DNA from: Vicinamibacterales bacterium
Lineage (GTDB): Bacteria > Acidobacteriota > Vicinamibacteria > Vicinamibacterales > UBA8438
Length of the DNA: 64,000 nucleotides
Direction: 5' to 3'
NCBI GenBank assembly: GCA_965200895.1
Contig: CBDAVM010000001.1
Coordinates: forward strand, 2,484,335 to 2,548,334
Shown here: positions 18,693-26,485 of the stretch, piece after piece
Layout of the letters: every line of letters starts with the position of its first letter
Numbering within the stretch: the first letter of the stretch is position 1
The notes under the pieces: model-generated
The model's input: the letters and a program-made list of their open reading frames with translations, nothing else
The model's database searches: none
What the model was told of the DNA's origin: nothing
Made by a program: the position numbers and the translations under genes

Positions 18693-20456
18693 GTGAAGCA
18701 GACGCTGTTGGCGTGGTCGGCGGCCGCGGCGCTGGCCGCCTGTGGTCCGTCCGGTTCCGGGTCGTCCGAGCCGGCCGGGACGGGCGCGCCGCCGGTCGCC
18801 CCGCTCGATCCAGCCCGCGAACTGTTCGCCGACCGGGCGGTCGAGGCCGGCCTCGACTTCGTCCACTTCAACGGCATGACGGGCGGGTTCTACCAGCCGG
18901 AGATGATGGGGCCGGGCGCAGGCCTCTTCGACTACGACAACGACGGGGACCTCGACGTCTATCTGGTGCAGGGCGAGCTGCTCGGCGACGGGACGCCGCT
19001 GCTGCCGCCGCCCGAGGGACAGCCGCCGGGCGACAGGCTGTACCGGAACGATCTGGCGGTGGGGCCGGACGGGACGCGGTCGCTCCGCTTCACCGACGTC
19101 ACCGACGAGAGCGGCCTGCCGGCGGGCGGCTACGGCATGGGGGTGGCGGCGGGCGACTACGACAACGACGGCTGGGTCGATCTGTACCTGACGCGCTTCG
19201 GGCGGAATCGGATGCTGCGCAACCGCGGTGACGGGACGTTCGCCGACGTATCCGCCGAGACCGGCGCCGACGAGCCGTCGTGGGGCGTGCCGGCGACCTT
19301 TCTCGACTACGACCGCGACGGCTGGCTGGACCTGTTCGTCGGCAACTACCTGAACTATACGCTGGACACGCATACGCAGTGCTACAACCGGTCGGGGCCG
19401 CCCGACTACTGTCCGCCGGAGGTGAGCCCGCCGGCCCCGAGCCGGCTGTACCGCAACCGGGGCGACGGCACGTTCGCCGACGTCACGGCCGCGGCGGGGC
19501 TGGGCCGGGAGTTCGGGCCTGCGCTCGGAGCCGCGTCGGCGGATTTCGACAACGACGGCTGGATCGACCTGTTCGTCGCCAACGACCAGCAGGAGAACCA
19601 GCTCTGGATGAACCAGGGCGGGGGCGGGTTCCTCAACCTGGCCCTGCTGCAGGGCGTGGCGCTGGGCGCGGCGGGGGACGCGAAGGCGGACATGGGGGTC
19701 GACGCGGGCGACTTCGACAACGACGGCGACGAGGACCTGTTCATCACGGAGCTGACCGGACAGGGGAGCACGCTCTACGTCAACGACGGCGCCGGGCTGT
19801 TCGAGGACCTGAGCGCCGTCTACGGCATCCGCGCTGCGAGTCTGCCCTATACCGGGTTCGGAGCGGGCTGGCTCGACATCGACAACGACGGCTGGCTCGA
19901 CATCGTGGCCGTCAACGGGGCGGTGACGCAGCGTCTCGAATCGCTGGGCCCGGGGAACCCCTTCCCGCTGGACCAGCGCAACCAGGTGTTCCGCAACCTC
20001 GCCGGAACGCGTTTCGAGGACGTGACCGACCGGGCCGGCGCCCCGTTCGCGCGCTCCGAGGTGAGCCGGGGGGCGGCGTTCGGCGACATCGACAACGACG
20101 GCGACACCGATGTCCTGGTGGCGAACGCCGCCGGCCGGGTGGAACTGCTGATCAACCAGGTGGGTCAGGGCCGCGACTGGATCGGACTGCGCCTTGCCGG
20201 GGGCGATGTCCCGCGTACGGTGGTCGGCGCGCGCGTGACGGTCATCGGCTCGGACGGGGTCACGCGCCGGCGGCGTGCGCGGGCCGACGGCAGCTACGCG
20301 TCGGCGCATGACCCGCGGGTGCTGATCGGGCTCGGCGACGAGTCGGCGGATGCGCTGGCCGTGCAGGTCACGTGGCCGGACGGACGGGCCGAGGCGTGGC
20401 CCGACGTGCCGGTCGGGCGCTACAGCACGCTGGCGGCAGGCGGGGGGCGGCAGTGA
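18693..20456 (+). CDS. CRTAC1-family lipoprotein (FG-GAP + ASPIC/UnbV), copy c (closest to copy a)
   Basis: GTG start. Lipoprotein signal MKQTLLAWSAAAALAAC. Long near-identical stretches with copy a (NGMTGxFYQPEMMGPGxGLxDYDNDGDLD; YCPPEVSPPxPxRLYRNRGDGTF). Confidence 0.85.
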   Translation: MKQTLLAWSAAAALAACGPSGSGSSEPAGTGAPPVAPLDPARELFADRAVEAGLDFVHFNGMTGGFYQPEMMGPGAGLFDYDNDGDLDVYLVQGELLGDGTPLLPPPEGQPPGDRLYRNDLAVGPDGTRSLRFTDVTDESGLPAGGYGMGVAAGDYDNDGWVDLYLTRFGRNRMLRNRGDGTFADVSAETGADEPSWGVPATFLDYDRDGWLDLFVGNYLNYTLDTHTQCYNRSGPPDYCPPEVSPPAPSRLYRNRGDGTFADVTAAAGLGREFGPALGAASADFDNDGWIDLFVANDQQENQLWMNQGGGGFLNLALLQGVALGAAGDAKADMGVDAGDFDNDGDEDLFITELTGQGSTLYVNDGAGLFEDLSAVYGIRAASLPYTGFGAGWLDIDNDGWLDIVAVNGAVTQRLESLGPGNPFPLDQRNQVFRNLAGTRFEDVTDRAGAPFARSEVSRGAAFGDIDNDGDTDVLVANAAGRVELLINQVGQGRDWIGLRLAGGDVPRTVVGARVTVIGSDGVTRRRRARADGSYASAHDPRVLIGLGDESADALAVQVTWPDGRAEAWPDVPVGRYSTLAAGGGRQ

Positions 20457-20533
20457 TCAGGATGGCGGCCGGCCGGATGCGGCTTCCCCGGCCCGCGGTC
20501 GTACGCCGGAGAGCACGTCGTTGGGTGAGCGGG

Positions 20534-21916
20534 ATGGCGGCCGGTCGGACACGGCGGGGCGCGGCGCTGGTGTGGCTCCTGGGGATGTTGAGTCTTGCGT
20601 CGTGCGGCGACGCCGGGTCGTCGGATGCCGGCGGACCCGCTGCGCCCGGCCCCCTTGAATGGTCGGGGCCGCGGCCGGTCGATCAGCCTGACCTCTCCCG
20701 GCTGGCGCCGCCGGTGCAGGAGCAGGTGCGCGAGCGGTACGCCGCCATCGCGCGCGCGGGCGACGGTCCGGATGCGTCGCCGACCGTGCTGGGGGATGCC
20801 TACGGCGAGCTCGGCCTGATTCTGATGGCCGCCGGCTACCGGGACCGGGCCGAGGTCGCTCTCCTGAATGCGTACGGGCTGGCGCCCCGCGTGATGCGCT
20901 GGCCCTACTATCTCGCGCACCTCCATCGCCAGGAGGGGGACCGGGCGCGGGCGGCCGGGTTCCTTGTCCGGGCGCTGGCGCTGGAGCCGTCGCACCTGGC
21001 CGCCCTGGTCTGGCTGGGTCGCATGGAGCTCGACCGGGGGCGCACCGTCGAGGCGCAGGCGGCGTTCGAGCGGGCGCTGGGCGTCGATCCGGCCTCGGCG
21101 GCGGCCCTGGCCGGCGCCGGGCGGGCCGCGCTCGCGGCGCGCGATGCGCAGCGGGCCGTGGGGTACCTGGAGCGCGCCCTGGCGCTGGAACCGTCGGCCG
21201 GGAGCCTGCACTACAACCTGGCCATGGCGCACCGGGCGCTCGGCAATCTCGACACCGCGCAGTCCCACCTCCGGCGTCGCGGCGCCGGCGTGCCGGCGCC
21301 CCCCGACCCGCTGATGCGGACCTACAACGGTCTGCTCCGCAGCGCTCTCGCCTACGAGATCCGCGGCATGCGGTCCATGGACGCGCGCCGGTTCGACGAG
21401 GCAGCCACGATCTTCAGGGCCGGGTTGACCGGGACCCCCGACGATCCGTCGCTGCGGCACCGGCTGGGCACCGCGCTGATGATGGCCGGCGACGCCGAGG
21501 GCGCCATCCGGGAGTTCGAGGCCACGTTGCGCATCGCGCCGGACTTCGAGAAGGCGCAGTTCGGGATCGGCGTGATTTTGGGCATGAGCGGGCGGCACGT
21601 CGAGGCGGCCGAGCGTTATGCGGCGGCGGTCGAGCTGCGGCCGAACTACCTGGAGGCGCGGCTCGGGCTGGGGGAGGCGCTGCGGCTCACCGGCCGGCTG
21701 CAGGAGGCTGCGGCGCAATTTGCCGAGGCGGTCCGCATCGACCCGGCGTTCGCCGAGGCCTGGGTGGTGCGTGCGATCATCCTGCTGCAACTGGGGCTGT
21801 CCGGCGAGGCGGATGCCTGGCTGCGCGAGGCGCTGCTGGTGCACCCGGGCCATCCCGATCTGACGGCGCTGCTGGCGGAGGTCGAGGGCCGCGGATCCCG
21901 ACGCGGGGCGCGGTAG
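20534..21916 (+). CDS. TPR-repeat lipoprotein (TPR-c), C-terminally shorter than its paralogs
   Basis: In-frame starts at 20453 (GTG overlapping the upstream TGA), 20462 and 20534. 20534 gives the canonical signal MAAGRTRRGAALVWLLGMLSLASC. Colinear with TPR-a up to LLVHPGHPDL, then it ends. Confidence 0.75.
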   Translation: MAAGRTRRGAALVWLLGMLSLASCGDAGSSDAGGPAAPGPLEWSGPRPVDQPDLSRLAPPVQEQVRERYAAIARAGDGPDASPTVLGDAYGELGLILMAAGYRDRAEVALLNAYGLAPRVMRWPYYLAHLHRQEGDRARAAGFLVRALALEPSHLAALVWLGRMELDRGRTVEAQAAFERALGVDPASAAALAGAGRAALAARDAQRAVGYLERALALEPSAGSLHYNLAMAHRALGNLDTAQSHLRRRGAGVPAPPDPLMRTYNGLLRSALAYEIRGMRSMDARRFDEAATIFRAGLTGTPDDPSLRHRLGTALMMAGDAEGAIREFEATLRIAPDFEKAQFGIGVILGMSGRHVEAAERYAAAVELRPNYLEARLGLGEALRLTGRLQEAAAQFAEAVRIDPAFAEAWVVRAIILLQLGLSGEADAWLREALLVHPGHPDLTALLAEVEGRGSRRGAR

Positions 21917-21965
21917 GGCTCGCAGCCGGCGGACAGGCGCGCCGACGGGCCGAGCCGCGCGGCTC

Positions 21966-24194
21966 TCAGGGCGGGGCGCGGTACGGCTCGTAGCGGCGGT
22001 ACAGGTTCAGCCGCTGTTCGATGCGCCGCACGAGGTCGCCGAGTCCCGGCGTTGCGCGCGCGCGGGCCGCGGCGCGGCGTGCCGTGGCCACCGCATCCGG
22101 GAAGCGTCCGACGGCGGCGTAGGCGGCGGCGAGCGTGTCGAGCGCGTCCGGGTGCGCATCGCCGCCGATACGCACCGCCTCCTGGGCGAGGCGCAGCGCC
22201 GCGGCGCCGTCTCGCAGCGCGGCGTCCGCCGACGTGGCCCGGATCCAGGCCAGTCCCAGGCGCGGGGCGGCCAGGTTCGGGCCGTGAGAGAGGGCCCGCA
22301 GGTAGAGCGCCGCCGCCTCGGCCGTCCCGCCCGCGCCGACCAGCGCCCGCGCCAGGTTGTTCAGGATCTCGGGATCGTCCGGCGCGGCCTCCAGGGCCAG
22401 CCGGTAGTGCCGGATCGCCGCGGCGGTCTCGCCGCGCGTCAGCAGGACGTTGGCCAGGTTGTAGTGCGCTCCGGAATGGCCGGGATCGGACCGCACCGCC
22501 AGGCGGTAGTGCACGATGGCCTCGTCGAGGGCGCCGGTCGCGGCAAGCAGGCCGCCGACGTTGTTGTGCGCTTCCGGGTAGTCCGGACGCAGCGCGATCG
22601 CGCGCCGGTAGGCGGCGATGGCCGCCGCCGCATCCCCTTCGGCCAGGGCCACGCCGCCCAGGTTGTAGTACGCGTCCGGAAAGTCCGGGGCGAGGGAGAC
22701 GGCCGCTTCGAGATGCTCGCGGGCGAGTGCCACCTGACCGACGTCGAGGTAGCGCACCGCGAGCGCCGCGTGATTCACGTGGTCGGTCGGATCGGCGCGC
22801 AGCAGGGACTGATAGCCGAGTATCTCGTCGCGCGCCTGCTTGACGGCCAGGCTGCGCGCCAGCGTGTCCGGGTCGCCGACCGGCAGTACCTGCAGCATCA
22901 GCTCCGCCATCTCGTCGGTCGCGGCCGGGCCGAAGCCGACCGTGGCCGGCGGGTCGTGGGGGTTGCGCGGGTTGCCGCGGGAGTTGTCGAAGGTGAAGCG
23001 CACCCGGAGCTGCGTCCCCGCCGGCAGGTGGACCGGCTCCTCATAGCGGTACTCGTCCTGCCAGTTGAAGTCCCAGTCGTCGATGCGCAACAGCGGCTCC
23101 TCGCGCCCGTTCGGCAGCGTGGCCGTCGCCTGGATCCGTTTCCCCAGGTAGTGCATGTGGGGCGCGATACCCAGCACGTCGACCGCGATCGGCAACCGAT
23201 AGCCGTCCTGGATGACGTGGGCCGGATCGCCGGCGGGGATGCGAATGGCCTGCGACGTGAGCAGCACCGAGACCGGCGTCAGCGTCGCCGGACGGTCCGC
23301 GAAATGGAGTCCGACCGCCGGTTGCACGACCACCGCTTCGCGACCGGGCAGCAGGTGGAGCTGCAGCACGAGATCGGTGCCGGGATCGAGCGGCCAGGCG
23401 ATCTCGTCCGGGAGGGTCACCGGCGTCCGGCCGGGCGCCCAGCCCAGGAAGTGACCGGCGGGAAAGCGGGCGTGGTCGAGCATCAGACCGTCGTAACCCG
23501 GATCGGGATCTTCCGCATCGAGTTCCCGCGCTGCACGAGTCTCGTCCAGCAGGATGCGGGCATGGTGGATCACGCGCCCGCCGCCGGCGCCCGGCCGCAG
23601 CTCGACGGCGCGCACCCAGCGCCGGGAATCCAGATCCACGGGCAGGACGAAGTTGCGATAGACATCGGTGTGGCCCGACGACAGCCGGAACGGCTCCGGC
23701 GCGGGCACGACGAGGTCCGGCGGTCCGAGCTGCCAGCCGTTCCCGGTCCCGGGCGGCTCCGGGAGGTCGGCCCGCTCGCCTTCGGCCGCGCCGGTCGCCG
23801 CCCACCGGGACAGCAGGGCGATCTGTTCTTCCGACAGCCGTCGCTCGTTGCGGAAACGGCCATGACCGGGGACCGGTTTCCAGGGCGGCATCCGCCGCTC
23901 GGCGGTGGCCGCGGCGATCTGCACCGCCCGCGCCCCGGCGTCCGCGTAGGTGGTCAGACTGAAGGGACCGATGCCGCCGGGACGGTGGCAGCCGACACAG
24001 TGGGCGTGGAGGATCGGCGCAACATCACGTGCGAACGTCACGGAGCCGCTGTCGGGTTCGCCCTGTGCGAAGCCGATCTCGGGAGCGCCGCCGGCTCCCG
24101 ACATGCCGATGACGACGATTGCCGCCGCCGCGACACGCGGGCGGAGCCATTCGTATCGCGGCCCGGTACGCATGCGCTTCATCGTGCTGGACAT
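21966..24194 (-). CDS. Secreted CxxCH-motif + PHM/DBH-like type-2 copper monooxygenase domain + C-terminal TPR protein (paralog 1)
   Basis: 742 aa. HCVGCH heme-c motif. Cu-ligand-like VIHHARIL, LVLQLHLL, APHMHYLGK and TDEMAELM. DWDFNWQ. About 250 aa of TPR. Tail RLNLYRRYEPYRAPP. Confidence 0.75.
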   Translation of the reverse strand: MSSTMKRMRTGPRYEWLRPRVAAAAIVVIGMSGAGGAPEIGFAQGEPDSGSVTFARDVAPILHAHCVGCHRPGGIGPFSLTTYADAGARAVQIAAATAERRMPPWKPVPGHGRFRNERRLSEEQIALLSRWAATGAAEGERADLPEPPGTGNGWQLGPPDLVVPAPEPFRLSSGHTDVYRNFVLPVDLDSRRWVRAVELRPGAGGGRVIHHARILLDETRAARELDAEDPDPGYDGLMLDHARFPAGHFLGWAPGRTPVTLPDEIAWPLDPGTDLVLQLHLLPGREAVVVQPAVGLHFADRPATLTPVSVLLTSQAIRIPAGDPAHVIQDGYRLPIAVDVLGIAPHMHYLGKRIQATATLPNGREEPLLRIDDWDFNWQDEYRYEEPVHLPAGTQLRVRFTFDNSRGNPRNPHDPPATVGFGPAATDEMAELMLQVLPVGDPDTLARSLAVKQARDEILGYQSLLRADPTDHVNHAALAVRYLDVGQVALAREHLEAAVSLAPDFPDAYYNLGGVALAEGDAAAAIAAYRRAIALRPDYPEAHNNVGGLLAATGALDEAIVHYRLAVRSDPGHSGAHYNLANVLLTRGETAAAIRHYRLALEAAPDDPEILNNLARALVGAGGTAEAAALYLRALSHGPNLAAPRLGLAWIRATSADAALRDGAAALRLAQEAVRIGGDAHPDALDTLAAAYAAVGRFPDAVATARRAAARARATPGLGDLVRRIEQRLNLYRRYEPYRAPP

Positions 24195-24228
24195 CCCGTT
24201 CGCCGGGCCTGCTGCCCTTGATGCTCCC

Positions 24229-26403
24229 TTATCGGAGCGGCCGTCGTTGCCGGTACAGCGTCAGCCTGCGCTGCAGTTCGGCCGTCAGATCCGGGCTGCC
24301 GATCGGGCGAGCCAGCGCAATCGCCTGCCGTTGCGCGGTCAGCGCCCCGTCGAAGCGCCCCGCTGCAGCGTACGCCGCGGCGAGCGTGGCCACGACGTTG
24401 AGGTCCTGCCGGCCGGTGAGCACGGCCGCCCGTTCGGCCAGCGCCACGGCTTCGCCCGGCGTGCGAAGCCGTTCGTCACCGGTCGTCGACAGGAGCCAGG
24501 CGAGAGATGTCAGCGACTCGACCCCGTCCGGTTCCAGCGCCAGCGCCCGGCGATAGTGCCGGATGGCGTCACCGTCCCGGCCGACCGCGGCCAGGGCGCT
24601 GGCGAGATTGTTGTGCGCCGCCGCGTTGCCCGCGTCCAGCGCCACGGCGCGTTCGAAGTACGCCGTGGCCTCGGCGCCGCGGCCCATCGCCTTCAGCACG
24701 GCCCCGAGGTTGTTGTGCGCGGCGGCGTGCGCGGGCCGCAACGCGATGGCCCGCCGGAAGTGCCGCACCGCCTCGTCGAGCGCGCCTCGCGCGGCCAGCA
24801 GCGTGGCGAGGTTGTAGTGCGCCGTGACCGACGCCGGATCCAGCTCGATCGACCGCCGGTAGTGGCGCACGGCGACGGCCGTGCGGGCGGCTGTCATGTA
24901 GAGCGACGCCACGTCCCGATGCAGGACCGGGTTGTCGGGATCGGAGGCCAGCATCGACTCGTACCCGACGATGTCCTCGTTGAGGACCTTCGGCATGAAG
25001 GCCTGGACGAGCGTCCGCCGATCCGCCTCGGAGCCGGGCAGAAGCTGCAGCCAGAGATCCCCCATCTCGTCGTTCGAGAACTGCCCGAACCGGACGCGGC
25101 GCGGCGGATGGTCCGGGTTGCGCGGGTTGGCGGCCGAGTTGTCGTAGACGTACTCCATGGCGACCGTCGTCCCGGCCGGCAGAAACGGTCGCGTCTCGTA
25201 GCGGTAGACGTCCTGCCAGTTGAAGTCCCAGTCGGGAATGCGGATCAGGGGCTCGGTCCGGCCGTCCGGGAACGTGGCGAAGCCGTTGATCTCGGTGGCG
25301 CGGAAGTGGGCGTGCGGCTGGATGCCGATCAGCTCGGCCGCGACCGGCAGCGTGAACCGGTCGCGGATGACGTAGCGCGGCTCGCCCGGCGGAATGTCGA
25401 TGCTCTGGCGGCCGAGGCGCAGCATCATCGGGGTGCGCACCGGCGGATCGTCGGTGAAGTGGAGCCCGACGCTGGCCTGGATCGATTCCGGACGGCCGGT
25501 CGACTGCATGTGGAGCTGAATGACGAAGTCGCTGTCCGGCTCCAGGCGCCAGGCCATCCCCGGATCGGCCAGGGGGGGAAGCTGGCCCGGGGTCCACCCC
25601 AGAAAGTGGCCGTCGGGATAGTGCGCCTGCGGGCTGATGGGGCCTTCGTATCCGGGCTCCGGATCCTGCTCGTCGAGCTGTCGGGACGAGCGCGTCCGGT
25701 CGATTCGCAGGTTCGCGTGGTGCGCCACCCGCGGGTTGCCGGGCCGGAACTCGATGCCGGCGACGAAGGCCGTGCGCTCGACCGGGATCGGAAGGACGAA
25801 GTTGCGGAACGTATCGGGGCCGTCGGCAGGTACCGTGTACGGTTCCGGCATCGTCACCACGACATCGGGCGTGCCGAGACGCCAGCCCCGCGGCCAGTCC
25901 GGATGCGGCGGCACACGGCTCAGGTCGCCGGCCGGCGCGCCGGCCTCGGCCCAGCGCCGGAAGAGCGCCACGCTACTGTCCGAGAGCCGCCGGGAGCCGA
26001 CGAACGGTCCGCCGAATCCCGGCTCCGGCTTCCACGGCGGCATGAAGCGGCTGGCCGTCACCTCGGCGATCTGGCGCGCGCGCCGCCGGACGTCGTCGTA
26101 TGTGAGCAGCGGAAAGGGGCCGACCTCCCCGGGGCGGTGGCATGGCGCGCAGTGCTCGATCACCAGCGGCGCGATGTCGTCGGAGAAGGTCGGCGTGGCC
26201 GGTTCGCGCGGCGCCGGGACGGAAGCCTCCGCCGACATCGGCGCCTCCGGTGCGACCGTCGCACCGCGCGCGTTGTCGGGGGCCGCGACGCCGTACGCGA
26301 GGAGCGCTGCAGCGAAGGAAAGACGAGGAGGACGGCGCCATCGATTGTCGCGTCGCATGGTTCCGGAGCGCACAACAGGGCTCATCGGCATTATATTGGC
26401 CAT
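24229..26403 (-). CDS. Secreted CxxCH-motif + PHM/DBH-like copper monooxygenase domain + TPR protein (paralog 2)
   Basis: The start is uncertain (ATG at 26403 or 26358). HCAPCH, VAHHANLR, FVIQLHMQ, QPHAHFRAT, NDEMGDLW, DWDFNWQ, TPR tail ...RLTLYRQRRPLR. The long N-terminal extension of the 875-aa ORF overlaps the upstream gene and is discarded. Confidence 0.75.
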   Translation of the reverse strand: MANIMPMSPVVRSGTMRRDNRWRRPPRLSFAAALLAYGVAAPDNARGATVAPEAPMSAEASVPAPREPATPTFSDDIAPLVIEHCAPCHRPGEVGPFPLLTYDDVRRRARQIAEVTASRFMPPWKPEPGFGGPFVGSRRLSDSSVALFRRWAEAGAPAGDLSRVPPHPDWPRGWRLGTPDVVVTMPEPYTVPADGPDTFRNFVLPIPVERTAFVAGIEFRPGNPRVAHHANLRIDRTRSSRQLDEQDPEPGYEGPISPQAHYPDGHFLGWTPGQLPPLADPGMAWRLEPDSDFVIQLHMQSTGRPESIQASVGLHFTDDPPVRTPMMLRLGRQSIDIPPGEPRYVIRDRFTLPVAAELIGIQPHAHFRATEINGFATFPDGRTEPLIRIPDWDFNWQDVYRYETRPFLPAGTTVAMEYVYDNSAANPRNPDHPPRRVRFGQFSNDEMGDLWLQLLPGSEADRRTLVQAFMPKVLNEDIVGYESMLASDPDNPVLHRDVASLYMTAARTAVAVRHYRRSIELDPASVTAHYNLATLLAARGALDEAVRHFRRAIALRPAHAAAHNNLGAVLKAMGRGAEATAYFERAVALDAGNAAAHNNLASALAAVGRDGDAIRHYRRALALEPDGVESLTSLAWLLSTTGDERLRTPGEAVALAERAAVLTGRQDLNVVATLAAAYAAAGRFDGALTAQRQAIALARPIGSPDLTAELQRRLTLYRQRRPLR

Positions 26404-26485
26404 CGTGCCGCGAGACTTCACCCGCCGTGCCGCGAGACTCCACCCGCGCACCGGCGAGGAGCGGTGCCGGCGGCCTCGGAAAGTG

